From assembly GCA_963760795.1 (NCBI GenBank), contig CAVXEP010000029.1, positions 192,001-256,000 of the forward strand: a stretch of DNA of 64,000 nt, given 5' to 3'. Source of the stretch: an uncultured delta proteobacterium (GTDB taxonomy: Bacteria; Desulfobacterota; Binatia; UBA9968). Below are positions 21,813-35,545 of this stretch, one piece after another. Made by a program: the position numbers and the translations under genes. Numbering within the stretch: position 1 is the first letter of the stretch; every line of letters starts with the position of its first letter. The notes beneath the pieces are model-generated. The model was given only the letters and a program-made list of their open reading frames with translations. It searched no databases and had not been told where the DNA came from.

Positions 21813-22754
21813 GTGTCGTTCTGGACTCTAATAAGAGAAGCATTTAGCCAATGGTGGAATGAAGATCGGCCGTTCGAATTGGCGGCCGCACTGGCTTACT
21901 ACACGCTCTTTTCGCTCGCCCCAATGCTGGTGATTGCGGTATCAGTCGCGGGTTTCTTTTTCGGCCGCGAAGCGGCACAAAATCAAATCGTCGAAACGCT
22001 TTCCGGTTTTGTCGGTAAGGATGCCGGCATCGTCATTCAGACCATGATCGAAAACGCGAGCAAGCAGCAGACCACCGACAGTATTTTCGCCATGCTCGTG
22101 GGAGTGGCTCTGCTGTTATTCGGCGCCGGCGGCGTGGTCGGCCAACTCCAAAGCTCATTGAATATGATCTGGGGGGTGGAACCAAGACCAGACCGAGGCA
22201 TCCTGGGTTTTATCAAAGAGCGCTTTATCTCATACGGCATGGTGCTCGGGGTCGGCTTTCTCTTGCTGGTATCTCTGGTCGTGAGCGCGGCGCTTTCGGC
22301 CTTCGATAAGTTTCTCGGGGGTGCGGCACCCGGCGCTAGCTTGCTGCTCCAGGTCATCCATTTTCTCGTTTCCCTTGGACTGATCGCATTTATGTTTGCC
22401 GCGATTTATCGTTTCATGCCGGACGGTCGTATCGCGTGGAGGGACGTAGCGGTCGGCGGTATTCTCACCGCTCTCCTATTTAACGTCGGCAAGTTTTTTA
22501 TTGGGCTTTACCTCGGGCAAAGCTCGGTAACCTCGGTTTATGGCGCCGCAGGATCGCTGGTCACCTTGCTCTTGTGGATCTATTACTCTTCGCTGATTTT
22601 TTTCTTTGGCGCCGAATTGACTCAGGTGTACGCGACCAGATTCGGATCTGGATTAATACCTTCACCCAACGCGCAGCCGGCCGCGCCTGAAATACAGCGC
22701 GGGAAGCGGGTGCGGCGTGCCGATAACCGGCGCGCCGTCAGACCCACGCAATAA
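21813..22754 (+). CDS. YihY/BrkB family membrane protein
   Basis: AAALAYYTLFSLAP, LQSSLNMIW, YGAAGSLVTLLLWIYYSS...GAE. Confidence 0.92.
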   Translation: MSFWTLIREAFSQWWNEDRPFELAAALAYYTLFSLAPMLVIAVSVAGFFFGREAAQNQIVETLSGFVGKDAGIVIQTMIENASKQQTTDSIFAMLVGVALLLFGAGGVVGQLQSSLNMIWGVEPRPDRGILGFIKERFISYGMVLGVGFLLLVSLVVSAALSAFDKFLGGAAPGASLLLQVIHFLVSLGLIAFMFAAIYRFMPDGRIAWRDVAVGGILTALLFNVGKFFIGLYLGQSSVTSVYGAAGSLVTLLLWIYYSSLIFFFGAELTQVYATRFGSGLIPSPNAQPAAPEIQRGKRVRRADNRRAVRPTQ

Positions 22755-22790
22755 ATATATTGAAAAAACTAATTCGAAGGAGGAATTTTT

Positions 22791-23361
22791 ATGCCGAACG
22801 CAACGCAAATACTACGTCAGGACCACAAGAAGGTGAAGTCTTTGTTCGATAAGTTCGAGCAGGGCAAGGCTGGCGATGCCAAAAGACGCTTGGCCAAGCA
22901 GGCAATGAACGAGTTGAAGGTTCACGCACAGGTGGAAGAAGAGATTTTCTATCCCGCCGTGAAAAATGCGATTGAAGCCAGTGAGTTAGTCGATGAGGCG
23001 AAAAAAGAACACCAGGCGGCAAAGTCGCTAATCAGCCAGCTCGAAAAAATCAGGGGCCAAGACAACGGAGAGGCCGACTTTGACGCTAAATTCGCCGAGC
23101 TCATGCAAGCCATCAAGCACCATGTCGAGGAAGAAGAAGGCGAGATGTTTCCGCAAGTTGAAGACAGCGGGCTGGATCTCTCAGCCTTAGGCGCGCGGAT
23201 GATGAAGCGTAAGCAAGAAATTCACCAAGGGTGTGGGCTCGCAGAGCACAAAGTCCAGAACCCGCTCGAAGTCCCCAAGCAAATCTAAATCGACTCGTAA
23301 GACCAAGTCGCGGTCAAAAACAGCGCGCGGCTCCGGCAGGAAACGCGCGCGGGCGCGCTGA
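22791..23361 (+). CDS. Hemerythrin/HHE-domain protein with probable frameshifted Ser/Lys/Arg-rich tail
   Basis: LRQDH, HAQVEEEIFYP, EHQ, HHVEEEE; alternate frame SQSTKSRTRSKSPSKSKSTRKTKSRSKTARGSGRKRARAR* ends 23361, just before a hairpin. Confidence 0.85.
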
Positions 23362-23370
23362 GCGAAACTC

Positions 23371-23400
23371 AAGAGAGTGCGATTGACATCGTACTCTCTT
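23371..23400. terminator. Hairpin terminator
   Basis: AAGAGAGTGCGAT-tgac-ATCGTACTCTCTT. Confidence 0.65.
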
Positions 23401-23647
23401 CAGCCTCCGGTGTAGGTTTATTTGGTGCCCCGAGGCCAGCACGACCATCCTCAACACGGTCAAGCGATGCTTCTAAGCGGCACCCAAGTTAGCGTTCAAC
23501 GCCGATAATTGATTGGTACCAAGGTGTACACGCACCACATAACGGTTCGTGCTTAGCGGATAACCAAACGCGCAGCCTTGCCACAGAGCAGCTCGTAAAC
23601 TATTCGGAAGTCTCTTCACCGGTGAGCACGTTTCCAATTTGATTGTC

Positions 23648-24139
23648 CTATGTATGTTTCTTCCCCGGTCGATTCGACCCTCTAGCTTTAGGCGCGGTTT
23701 TTTTGCAGTCCGGGCATAAGCCTTCAAGATAAACCGAGAAATCCACGATCTCGAATCCGGTTCGACGGGCATCAGGAAACGGCAGCCGGCTGAGACTTGG
23801 ATCGTCAAAATCGACTACCTTATCGCACCGGACACATACCAGGTGGTGGTGGTGATCGATATTACTGTCGAATCGAGCCATCGCGGCAACATGACTGGTT
23901 TTTCTGGAAACTCCGAGATCGACAAAAGTCTCCAAGGTGCGGTACACCGTAGTACGTGACACCCCGCGGATTCTGTCTTTGACGTCTTCATAGACCTGAT
24001 CGATGGTAGGGTGATCGTGGCGGTCCAATAACGCCTCGAAAATCGCCCGGCGTTGCACCGTCATGGGTATCCCCCGCTCACGACATTTGGCCTCGAGACT
24101 GCCGATCTTTCCTTGCCTATCTAATTTGACCTTGCTCAT
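23648..24139 (-). CDS. Fur-family regulator, PerR-like
   Basis: TVQRRAI, HPT, SRTTVYRTL, HHHHLVCVRC, GLCPDC; GGAGG RBS before ATG 24139; adjacent to katG. Confidence 0.88.
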   Translation of the reverse strand: MSKVKLDRQGKIGSLEAKCRERGIPMTVQRRAIFEALLDRHDHPTIDQVYEDVKDRIRGVSRTTVYRTLETFVDLGVSRKTSHVAAMARFDSNIDHHHHLVCVRCDKVVDFDDPSLSRLPFPDARRTGFEIVDFSVYLEGLCPDCKKTAPKARGSNRPGKKHT

Positions 24140-24184
24140 GTTCCTCCCTTGGAACCGAGGGCTCTCCCTGTCCAACGAATCACA

Positions 24185-24200
24185 AGGAACAATTTATACT
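24185..24200. promoter_or_regulatory. Candidate PerR/Fur operator upstream of the regulator
   Basis: AGGAACAATTTATACT, imperfect AT-rich palindrome about 45 nt upstream of the start. Confidence 0.4.
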
Positions 24201-24439
24201 ATCTAGGCGGGCGGCGGAATCGGCGCAAACCCAGTCCCATTTCAATGTCGTCAATTGTCGGCCGGATCGGACATGTAATATTGGCGCGCCGGAATATCGC
24301 TTGGCATAGCACTAATTACCATTGCTAGGCGAAGAACATCCCGGTTCAGCGGCGGCAGTGCGCCTTCCGCTGAACCGGTGGTTAGCTGGCAGTTTTCTTG
24401 CCGACCTGTCAGAAGCCCTCGAAGAAGATCCTGTAGCGA

Positions 24440-26680
<2,241 letters not shown>

Positions 26681-27228
26681 TTACAGATAGCGAGGTCCTT
26701 ATCATCTTACCGTTGATTTTGCGCCGCCCGGGGGCCGCATCGCGGTCCAGCGGCACGGCAGTCGCGCATACGCCACACTAGACGCTAACGTTCTATGAAT
26801 ATGAACTGACGCTTACAACCGACAGCAAATGAAGTCAATACTTATGGCGACTCATTCGCGTGGGATCTCTTATTGGTCACGCGTAAATGTTCTTAGTTAA
26901 GTTAAAGATAGGTTAAAGCGATCAAGAAAGAAGTTCCATAATAGTTGATAATTAGCTCTTGCAACCGAACCTACAAAGCAGCCGAACATGAAACTCGTCC
27001 AACTTCACGAAAATATTTCAGCCCCTAACGCAGCGTTTGATGTCGTAGTACGTTGAAAGAGTCTTTGCCTGGATGACGAGTAGCAACGCGCTGGTCAGAT
27101 ATACGAGGCGAGTATCTCGCAGAGATTTACAATATTTCCCCGTTGTTCAGGGTCAGATAAAAAGGTTTCATTCGTAATCGGTTCGTCCTCGCTCATGTTT
27201 CCTCGCGCTGTCAAGCATATGATGCCAC

Positions 27229-27750
27229 CTAGCCCTTCTTCGGTCGGAGCGAGTTGGCAGCGTTGAGTTTCGCGCGTTGCAACCGTGAAGATGCACTCAA
27301 TCGAGGTAGTTTTTCAAGGGTGTTCGTTAGGGAATCATATCGGCCATCGAGACGGCGAAAATCGACCGCGACAGAATTGGACCCCCAGCGAATCTGAAAA
27401 ACCCGTACGTTCATTCGCTCAAGAAGAGCGCCAAGACTACGCAATAATTGAGATAACGTATGCGATGCCTCAGTTTGAAAAGAATTTGGTCGTCTTCGCA
27501 GTTGCGCCTGCGTCTCGAGTCGAAAAATATCCGGCAGCCTAAAACGTACGGGGCTGGAACCTACTGGTTGGCTGGAGGCCTGCGCGGTAAAATCACTGCG
27601 ACTGCACTCATGGGGAAACCACCCACCATTTTGAGTCAGAGGCTCACAGGTGACGGTATAATTCGGACCGTCCGTTTTCAGCTCGAAAGTACGGATGTTG
27701 GCGGCCTCGAGCCACTGCCCAATAACTCGTAATGATTCAGAGTGAGCCAT
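27229..27750 (-). CDS. Hypothetical protein with internally duplicated domain
   Basis: SESLRVIGQWLE...FEL vs SQLLRSLGALLE...FQI. Confidence 0.6.
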   Translation of the reverse strand: MAHSESLRVIGQWLEAANIRTFELKTDGPNYTVTCEPLTQNGGWFPHECSRSDFTAQASSQPVGSSPVRFRLPDIFRLETQAQLRRRPNSFQTEASHTLSQLLRSLGALLERMNVRVFQIRWGSNSVAVDFRRLDGRYDSLTNTLEKLPRLSASSRLQRAKLNAANSLRPKKG

Positions 27751-27890
27751 ACGATGCGATGCTCCGTGTAGTCAATGTGAAGATTTCCCTTGAAATACAG
27801 TGATCCGGTGGAGGTCTTTTTGAACGCGATAGCGTAATACCAATCGTAGGGCGGGCGTGGAGGCTCGTATTCCTGCTGGTTCCTTACACC

Positions 27891-28100
27891 CTAATGCTTT
27901 CGGCTCCCAGGTGTGTTAACGCTTTCGTCCTTCTCCCCAACAGGATCTTCCGAGAGGCTTCTCTTTTCGCACAATGAACACAACTGCGTCTCGCCCATGC
28001 AAATACAGCAAGCGAGGTCTTCTTTAATGCGGCCATCGAGTCTTATACATGGATGTCCGCACTTTGTTCCGACATCAACGCCAGGCGTATTTTTATCCAT
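27891..28100 (-). CDS. Small Cys-rich hypothetical protein
   Basis: CGHPC...CCIC...CSLC; AGGA-like RBS. Confidence 0.45.
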   Translation of the reverse strand: MDKNTPGVDVGTKCGHPCIRLDGRIKEDLACCICMGETQLCSLCEKRSLSEDPVGEKDESVNTPGSRKH

Positions 28101-28170
28101 AAATTTTTCCTAAAAATGACATTCAACCAATTATCTCAATACATCTTAGAGACGCTGCCGTCAGTCCTGC

Positions 28171-28566
28171 TCAATCGAGCAGATCCTTAGGCACATTGCC
28201 ACCGTTGGCGGCGATTTGCGCGAGCACGGTCTTGTGCAGCCAGATATTCATCTTCGCCGAATCCGCCATGAGATCCGGCGGGCAGCCCAGCTCCGTAGCC
28301 AGCTCCTTGCGCGCCGCAAAGCTGCTATCGATCTCGAGCAGCTTCAGCAGGTCGACGATGGAAGTGCGCCAGTTCAGCTTCTGCGGGTTAGCTGCCGCGC
28401 GCTGCTCCAGCTGCGCGACGACATCGACGACCGCGACCGGCCTGGGCGGCGGCGGTGCTGCCTGACCAGCAGTCGGGCTTGCCGCCGAGGTGGGAGGCGG
28501 CGTAGCAGGGTTAACGTCCTTGCTGCCGATGCCCAGTTTCTCGAGTATATTGCTGAAGAATCCCAT
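28171..28566 (-). CDS. DUF3597 domain protein
   Basis: LNWRTSIVDLLKLL..DSS..ARKELA.EL...SA.MNIWLHK.V...A.NGG.VP. Confidence 0.9.
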   Translation of the reverse strand: MGFFSNILEKLGIGSKDVNPATPPPTSAASPTAGQAAPPPPRPVAVVDVVAQLEQRAAANPQKLNWRTSIVDLLKLLEIDSSFAARKELATELGCPPDLMADSAKMNIWLHKTVLAQIAANGGNVPKDLLD

Positions 28567-28809
28567 GGCGATCTCCTTTGTTATTTGTCTTGTTTAGAAC
28601 GTATCTATGTGATTGTAATTGGTTAGTTTGCCCGCTTGTATTTATAAGCCTTAAGCGTCGGCGCAGAGCCTACTAGAGATGTTACATTTAGCCATTTCAG
28701 TTCCAGGTGCCCGCACTGATTATTTACCGCGGTATTTTCGACTGAAGGCAGCATTACCCATGTTGCGAATCAGCAATGGCGATTTTTATAAAAAGCATTC
28801 CACTTGAAA

Positions 28810-29982
28810 CTATGGCTTAAGGACAACTTTGATACATTTGTCCTCTTTTTCGTTAAAAATCTTATAGCCGCGCGGTGCATCCTCGAGTTTCATCCTGTGT
28901 GTAATTATAAATGAAGGATCGATCTCGCCGTTTAGAATTTTTTCGAATAGCATTGGCATATATTTTTGCACGTGCGTTTGCCCCATTTTAAAGGTTAATC
29001 CTTTATTCATCGCTGCCCCGAACGGAAGTTTGTCGGCAAATCCTACATATACACCTGGTATGGAGATGGTTCCCCCTTTACGGCAGCTCATAATTGCCTG
29101 CCGCAAAACATGCGGTCGGTCGGTAGCAAGCATGGTAGCCGTTTTTACGCGGTCGAGAACACCATCTATAGTTCCACCCGCGTGGGCTTCAAGTCCGACG
29201 GCATCCATACAGCGGTCGGGGCCACGATCACTAGTCATAAGCATCAGAGTCTCGTAAACATCGGCCTTGCTGAAATCGATAATTTCGGCTTTGCTTTGAG
29301 ATTGAGCCATGGCGAGTCGTTCCGGCACATCGTCGATCATTATTACTCTACCCGCGCCAAGCATCGAAGCACATCGGACTGCGAGTTGGCCGACGGGCCC
29401 GCCGCCCCAGATTGCCACCGTATCACCGTTTTCTATCGCGCAATTCTCGGCTGCCATATAAGCAGTCGGGAGAATATCCGACAGAAACAAAACTTTCTCG
29501 TCTTCAATGCCACTGGGGATTTTGAACGGTCCGACATCAGCAAACGGTACGCGAAGGTATTCCGCTTGGCCGCCGGCAAAACCGCCGAGCATGTGCGAGA
29601 ATCCGAACAGTCCCGCCGGCGAATGTCCCATCGCTTCGCGAGCTATCGGCGCGTTGGGATTCGATTTGTCGCACAATGAATACATTTTCTTGATGCAGAA
29701 TTCACATCCTCCGCAGGCAATAACGAATGGCACCACCACTTTATCGCCTACGTTTAAGGTATTTATTCCCCTGCCCACCTCCACGACCTCGCCCATGTTT
29801 TCGTGACCTAGAATGTCGCCTTTCTCCATCGTTGGTTGAAAACCGTTGTGAAGATGCAAGTCAGATCCACAGATAGCCGTGGACGTGATTTTAATTATCG
29901 CGTCGCGCGGATCCTGAATTTTAGGGTCCGGTACATTTTCTACACGCACGTCTTTCGTTCCATGCCAACATAATGCTTTCAT
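28810..29982 (-). CDS. Zn-dependent alcohol/formaldehyde dehydrogenase (YbdR-like MDR)
   Basis: [34 protein letters not shown]. Confidence 0.92.
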   Translation of the reverse strand: MKALCWHGTKDVRVENVPDPKIQDPRDAIIKITSTAICGSDLHLHNGFQPTMEKGDILGHENMGEVVEVGRGINTLNVGDKVVVPFVIACGGCEFCIKKMYSLCDKSNPNAPIAREAMGHSPAGLFGFSHMLGGFAGGQAEYLRVPFADVGPFKIPSGIEDEKVLFLSDILPTAYMAAENCAIENGDTVAIWGGGPVGQLAVRCASMLGAGRVIMIDDVPERLAMAQSQSKAEIIDFSKADVYETLMLMTSDRGPDRCMDAVGLEAHAGGTIDGVLDRVKTATMLATDRPHVLRQAIMSCRKGGTISIPGVYVGFADKLPFGAAMNKGLTFKMGQTHVQKYMPMLFEKILNGEIDPSFIITHRMKLEDAPRGYKIFNEKEDKCIKVVLKP

Positions 29983-30111
29983 TTATTTCCTCCGGAATTA
30001 CGGCAATTGCCACATTCTCCAAATAGAACCTGAACCTGATCGACTCGACACCGTTCACGGCCGCCAGAAGCGATAAGACCAAGTAAACTGTCCTTTGGCC
30101 GCGGTGCCGAT

Positions 30112-32607
30112 CTAAACGGGAGGAGGGTCCATTTCACGCTCAAAATGGCGGTGCTTGGCAATCGCTTCGACAAACTTTGCTAATGCCTCATCAGCCTGCT
30201 CATCGGGAAATACCAGCATGCCGGGATCAGGGTCACCGTTCGCTAAGGTTAACGGTACGCCGGCATTTTCTACCAGGTCACGGCCGGCTCCGATAACTAA
30301 AATGGGTTTGCAGTGACGATATTGTTCTTTGACGAATTCGGCCGCCTGTCCCAAGTTGCCTAATATCTTGATAGCTTCGCGCCCACTGGGCACGACCAGC
30401 GCGTCATAGAGTACCGCGGGAACCGCTTCCATGGTTGTATCGACTTCGATCCGTTCTCCGCCGTCGGCACTTGCGACGCTGCCTAGGCGGGCTCCGACGA
30501 AACGGGGCACTGCGCCCTGTGCGGTGAGACCCTCGTGCAATGCTCTGACATCGGCACCGGCGACTCCGTCAGCCACCAAGATGGCGATTCGCCGTGTGCG
30601 TACACTGCCGTCGCCCGGTCGGGCGAACAACGAGAGAGCTGGAGAGGCTTTAACCTCGGGCACCGTCGGTTTTTCCAGCGCCTTAGGCTGTGCTGGCGGC
30701 AGTGCCATGCCGAGTCCTTCAGCTACACTGGCGGCAAGATCCGCAGCGACGTTTGCCAGCATGGCGACGACTCGCTCGCGGATCGCCGGGACCTGGGCTC
30801 GTGACAGCTCAAAACGAAATGCCCGGATGATATGGGCCTTCTCGACGGCAGTTTGACTGTTCCAGAACAGTGTCGCCTGGGAATAATGATCGGCGAAGCG
30901 CTCCGGCTTGCCGCGCACCTGGTCGCCGTTCAAAGGCTCTGGAAACGAGCTAAAACCAGCCCCGCCGGCTTGAAAGGGACAACCGCCCGCGAGCGAATTC
31001 GGTTCGTAGGCGACCCGACCCCGGTTGATCGCCTGACGATGCATGCCGTCGCGCTGGTTATTGTGCGGCGGCGCCACCGGTGCGTTGATCGGAATCTCGT
31101 GAAAGTTAGGTCCGCCGAGCCGCGATATCTGGGTGTCTACGTAGGAGTGAATGCGCCCCGCCAGTAGTGGGTCGTTGGAAAAGTCCAATCCCGGCACGAT
31201 GTGCGCCGCACAGAACGCTACCTGCTCGGTTTCCGCGAAAAAATTGTCTGGGTTACGGTTAAGAGTCATTTTACCGACGGGCATGACGGGCACCAGTTCC
31301 TCGGGAACGAGTTTGGTCGCGTCCAACACGTCGAAGCTGAACTTATCCGCCTGCTTTTCAGTGAAGATTTGCATGCCGAATTCGTATTCGGGATAGGCGC
31401 CCGATTCGATCGCTTCCCAGAGATCGCGTCGGTGGAAGTCGACATCGGCCCCGGCGATTTTGACCGCCTCGTCCCAATCGAGCGAATGAGTGCCGGCGAC
31501 GGGTCGCCAGTGAAATTTTACAAACTGAGACTCGCCGTCAGCGTTGACCAATCGAAAAGTATGCACGCCGAAGCCTTGCATCATGCGGTAGCTGCGCGGA
31601 ATGGCTCGATCGGACATCACCCACAGCATCATATGCGTCGATTCCGGCATGAGCGAAATAAAATCCCAGAAAGTATCGTGCGCCGTCGAGGCTTGCGGGA
31701 TCGCAAAGTGCGGCTCAGGCTTGGCGGCATGAACCAGGTCGGGGAATTTCATCGCATCCTGAATGAAAAAAACCGGAATATTGTTGCCGACCAAATCAAA
31801 ATTGCCCTGGTCGGTATAGAACTTCACCGCGAATCCGCGCACGTCGCGCGCTGTATCGGCAGAGCCCCGTTCGCCAATAACGGTCGAGAAGCGCACGAAC
31901 ACGGGCGTGCGCTTGCCGGCTTCGGCAAAGAGTGACGCCGCCGTATATTTTTTGAGCGATTCGTAGCATTGGAAATAGCCGTGCGCGGCCGAACCGCGGG
32001 CGTGGACGATGCGCTCCGGAATGCGCTCATGGTCAAAATGGGTGATCTTCTCGCGCAGAATAAAATCTTGGAGCAGCGCCGGGCCGCGAAATCCGGCTTT
32101 GAGCGAGTTTTGGTTATCAGCGATTGGGACACCCTGATTCGTGGTCAGCGCTTGTTCGCTGGAATCTACACGTACCCGATCCAATGGAGAGCTCGTTGGA
32201 TTGCTGCCTAATTGCGGTTTGCCGGCACCGGCTTTGTCGGAGGGAGTGGTTTCGGTTAACGTGCTGCCGGTAGCGGACGGGTTTGAGGGAGTCACCGTCT
32301 GACCCGGCTGAGGCTGCGTCGCAAATTCGCCATGCTCGAGCGGCTTGTTCACGTTATACGGCATATCGGCAGCGAGCTTCTGAGTCGCGGCGAATTTATC
32401 GGTTAGGGCGTCCCCTCTATTATCTCCCGAATCACCGCGACGCGCGGGGCCGCTAACGGTTGAACGCGAACTGGACTTCGGCACCGGGCCAGCGGGCGCT
32501 TGGTTAACGATATCTTTATTGTTGCGCGCGATGACAGGCGGCACCGGCCGGGTTTTGGGTTTCTCTTTGGTAGTCCGGGAAGAGCGAGATTTTTTTTTGG
32601 TTGCCAT
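30112..32607 (-). CDS. katE: Catalase HPII with long N-terminal extension
   Basis: [38 protein letters not shown]-terminal DJ-1-like domain. Confidence 0.96.
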   Translation of the reverse strand: MATKKKSRSSRTTKEKPKTRPVPPVIARNNKDIVNQAPAGPVPKSSSRSTVSGPARRGDSGDNRGDALTDKFAATQKLAADMPYNVNKPLEHGEFATQPQPGQTVTPSNPSATGSTLTETTPSDKAGAGKPQLGSNPTSSPLDRVRVDSSEQALTTNQGVPIADNQNSLKAGFRGPALLQDFILREKITHFDHERIPERIVHARGSAAHGYFQCYESLKKYTAASLFAEAGKRTPVFVRFSTVIGERGSADTARDVRGFAVKFYTDQGNFDLVGNNIPVFFIQDAMKFPDLVHAAKPEPHFAIPQASTAHDTFWDFISLMPESTHMMLWVMSDRAIPRSYRMMQGFGVHTFRLVNADGESQFVKFHWRPVAGTHSLDWDEAVKIAGADVDFHRRDLWEAIESGAYPEYEFGMQIFTEKQADKFSFDVLDATKLVPEELVPVMPVGKMTLNRNPDNFFAETEQVAFCAAHIVPGLDFSNDPLLAGRIHSYVDTQISRLGGPNFHEIPINAPVAPPHNNQRDGMHRQAINRGRVAYEPNSLAGGCPFQAGGAGFSSFPEPLNGDQVRGKPERFADHYSQATLFWNSQTAVEKAHIIRAFRFELSRAQVPAIRERVVAMLANVAADLAASVAEGLGMALPPAQPKALEKPTVPEVKASPALSLFARPGDGSVRTRRIAILVADGVAGADVRALHEGLTAQGAVPRFVGARLGSVASADGGERIEVDTTMEAVPAVLYDALVVPSGREAIKILGNLGQAAEFVKEQYRHCKPILVIGAGRDLVENAGVPLTLANGDPDPGMLVFPDEQADEALAKFVEAIAKHRHFEREMDPPPV

Positions 32608-32656
32608 GATGGTCCTTTTTAATAGTCAAAATTCATAACCGAGACGACCGGTTTAG

Positions 32657-33268
32657 TTACGCCGATTTTTTAATCACAGGCGGCAGCAGGCGCGCCGCTT
32701 CGGCTTTGGCCGCGCCTATGGCAGTTTGAACGTTCTTTACTTCTTCCGGTGGTGGCAGGACCGCTGTCATACCCAAGGCTTCGATCCAGAGTTCCCTTGC
32801 CCATCCTTTAGTATGGTACAGATGCTCGTCTTCTTGATTCTCTATTTCGTCATATGCCTCTTGCAGGGCAAGCGCCTCGTTTTCTTCCATCTGTTCTGCG
32901 CACTGGCCGATCAGTGCCCAATCCATGTGGTCTTTGGTTTCGGCCAGAACTACGCACTCGCAAGCGACCAATTGCGCAGCATCCGGCTTGCCGGCCTTAA
33001 GCGCCATTTCCATCGCCTGGACCAAAGAGGCGCCTATATGGCGGACGATTTGCTGGCCCGGCGTGTCTTGTTCGGGTTTCAAACCGATCTTCGTGCATAG
33101 CGTAGTCAGAACTTTAACGTGGTTGCGGGTTTGTTCCAGGTACTCTTGCCAATCCTCTCGCAGATCAGGGTTGATGACGCACTTCAGAGCCGTCTCGTAA
33201 ATTTTGACCCCGCCTTTTTCATGCTCGAAGGATTGCAATATTAATTCTTTCAACTGATCTAGCTTCAT
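32657..33268 (-). CDS. Ferritin-like (DUF892-related) protein
   Basis: EHEKGGVKIYETAL, EQTRNH, ETKDHMDW, EDEHLYH iron-ligand-like motifs. Confidence 0.8.
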   Translation of the reverse strand: MKLDQLKELILQSFEHEKGGVKIYETALKCVINPDLREDWQEYLEQTRNHVKVLTTLCTKIGLKPEQDTPGQQIVRHIGASLVQAMEMALKAGKPDAAQLVACECVVLAETKDHMDWALIGQCAEQMEENEALALQEAYDEIENQEDEHLYHTKGWARELWIEALGMTAVLPPPEEVKNVQTAIGAAKAEAARLLPPVIKKSA

Positions 33269-33504
33269 GTAATCTCCTAATTCTCTATCATTCAGACGAA
33301 TTTACGGACGCTGCCCACCAGCGGCGTTTCCAGAGTGACTGTATGGCCGCCGGCCGCACCAGTTAAGGACCGCCAATAATGAACTGCGAACGGCTGCGTC
33401 CATTACGCCTACTAGGACGCGCCGATAGTGAATCCAAATTATAATGCACTTCGGAAACGTCGCTTCTCTCCTGACCCAATCCTGTTAACGTTTATTCGAT
33501 GGGA

Positions 33505-33519
33505 GCAACTAGCGTGCCG
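33505..33519 (-). promoter_or_regulatory. Sigma-54 promoter of the ferritin-like/katE/dehydrogenase unit
   Basis: CGGCAC-GCTAG-TTGC(T) on minus strand, 237 nt upstream of the first CDS. Confidence 0.78.
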
Positions 33520-34172
33520 CTAAACTGTGGACCTACTCCGCTGCTGCCATCAGCTAGAGCATCAAATCTGTTTCAAACTTAGGATAAGGTGGAGCGCCGG
33601 TGTCCCGATTCTAATTACTCGCATTGCGCAAACGCGAGCGGAGTCCAAGTGATTAGTCGAAATCCATCGGGTGTGCGATCGACTGCAGAGCCGCGTCGGT
33701 TTTGTTGATTGCGATCCAGTAAGAATCGTCGAGGCGTCGGGGCATTTCAGTGAAACGCCAGTTTCCCTTGCCTCAGAGGCTTTGACTGTGCTCACCGGTT
33801 AATTGCTTCTTGACCCCACTGGTTGAAAAAAATAAACCGGGATGTAATTTCGTGCTGAAGTGGGTCGGGGTCCACACTTTTAATCGAGTAGTCCTATTTG
33901 TGGGGATAATTTTAGTGCGTTGTCTCGTATCTGCATTCGGCGCCAGGGACGCAGTAGGGCAGGAGCGCAGCTCCGGTATTCGTATGCTGGACTGAAGAGG
34001 ATCGCTCCGGCTACAAGGTACAGTCAAAGCTCTCTGGTTACTTCGATCGTCACTTGCAGTTTCGAGGAGCTCAGTTGGGTAGAGGATTAATTTTAAGTCC
34101 CGACAGATTGCCCGCTTGGAGGTCAACCACGTCAAATCGATTCAATGTGAACCAACCAAAATTCAAACAGTC

Positions 34173-34203
34173 CAATCAGAGGGAAAAGCTTTCCCTCTGA
34201 TTG
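34173..34203 (-). terminator. Hairpin downstream of the hsp20 pair
   Basis: CAATCAGAGGGAAA-agc-TTTCCCTCTGATTG. Confidence 0.75.
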
Positions 34204-34233
34204 TTGTTAGCTTCGCCCTTAACGACAGCTATC

Positions 34234-34632
34234 TTATGCTACTTTAACCTCGATCTTTCGCGGCTTGACTTCCTCAGCCTTCGGCAAATACAAGGTCAAG
34301 ACTCCGTGCTTGAGCTCGGCGGAGATCTTGCTCTGGTCGACCTTCTCGTTCAACTCGAATTGGCGAAAGAAATTTACCAAACCGTATTCCCGATAAACCG
34401 GACCGCCGGCCGCCGCATGCGCCGCTCTGCCGCGAATGGTCAGTAGATTGTTCTCCACGCGCATGTCCAGACCATCTTTAGCAACGCCCGGTAAATCGGC
34501 GGTCACCACCAGCCCATTGGTGGTCTCGTATATATCTACGGGCGGCGTGATATATCTTTCCTGACTTCGGGTTTCTTCTCGGCTTGACGAGGCCTTTTCT
34601 TGCGCGCGAGTCGCTACAGTTCTTTCGGCCAT
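34234..34632 (-). CDS. Hsp20/alpha-crystallin small heat shock protein
   Basis: PPVDIYET, ADLPGV, AELKHGVLTLYLPK, RKIEV. Confidence 0.95.
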   Translation of the reverse strand: MAERTVATRAQEKASSSREETRSQERYITPPVDIYETTNGLVVTADLPGVAKDGLDMRVENNLLTIRGRAAHAAAGGPVYREYGLVNFFRQFELNEKVDQSKISAELKHGVLTLYLPKAEEVKPRKIEVKVA

Positions 34633-34659
34633 GGCTATATCCCTCCTTGTCGTGAGTTA

Positions 34660-35118
34660 TCAGGCGATTTTAACGGTGATTTGTTTGGGCTTGGCTTTCT
34701 CGGCTTTTGGTAAAGTCACCACCAGCAGCCCGTTTTTGTATTCTGCCTCGATGCCGGTCTCGTCGATCTCGACAGGCAAGTCGATGGTGCGAACAAACTT
34801 CCCACTGGCTCGCTCATTTCTATGAAATGCTTCCGGCTTGATGTCTCCGGGGATGCCACTCTTCTCTCCCGCTAAGGTCAGACGATTTTGCAACGCGTTG
34901 AGATTGATGGATTGAGGATCAACGCCGGGAGTCAACGCTTCGACGTAAATGTTATCCTTATCTTCGAGTAAATTTACCAACGGATATCGCCGCGGTTCGC
35001 GGCCGGGAAGAAAAGCGACGCGATGAGGCTGCCCTTGTTCAAAGCCAAAATCTTCAAAAGCTCGGCCGATTTCTCGCCGCAAGGCTTCCACGTCAGCGAC
35101 GGAATTCCACTCTGCCAT
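34660..35118 (-). CDS. Hsp20/alpha-crystallin small heat shock protein
   Basis: YPLVNL, ERASGKFVR, AEYKNGLLVVTLPK, KQITV. Confidence 0.95.
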   Translation of the reverse strand: MAEWNSVADVEALRREIGRAFEDFGFEQGQPHRVAFLPGREPRRYPLVNLLEDKDNIYVEALTPGVDPQSINLNALQNRLTLAGEKSGIPGDIKPEAFHRNERASGKFVRTIDLPVEIDETGIEAEYKNGLLVVTLPKAEKAKPKQITVKIA

Positions 35119-35169
35119 AGTCCTGTACCTCCTTTATTTATTGTTTCCCGACGAACCAATTTCGACGGT

Positions 35170-35197
35170 AAGTTAGTCACGCGCGCAGGCTTGTCAA
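35170..35197 (-). promoter_or_regulatory. Sigma-70-like promoter of the hsp20 pair
   Basis: TTGACA-N16-TAACTT on minus strand. Confidence 0.5.
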
Positions 35198-35545
35198 GAT
35201 GGATAATATCAAAATTAGTTCTCGGGATGGGATTTTTTATGTTCGTTGGTCACCCCCACTGCGGTTTTCAAGATCTGGCGAAATAGCGGAATACTTGACA
35301 AGTCGCACACCCATACATAAACGCCTTCGAAATATAAAAAGGGGAAGCGGCTAAGCTTTCCCTTTCGTGACTGAAGAGGGTTTATTAGGTGAACGCTGGG
35401 CCAGGCAGTACATCCTGCTGGCGGTCAAGCAGAGCCGGCGTGCCTTTGCCGTTAAGGGTTGGTACCAATACACCAGCGCCAAGATCATTGAATCAACCTT
35501 GAACTTAATGAAGTGGTTAAAGTCCGCTCCCGGGGAAACAGATTG

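Noticed and set aside
24302-24326. TGGCAT...TTGC between katG and fur
   Set aside because: Wrong spacing and wrong orientation for the adjacent genes.
35180-35200. CIRCE/HAIR heat-shock operator upstream of hsp20
   Set aside because: No TTAGCACTC-N9-GAGTGCTAA or CTTGAGT-N7-ACTCAAG match.
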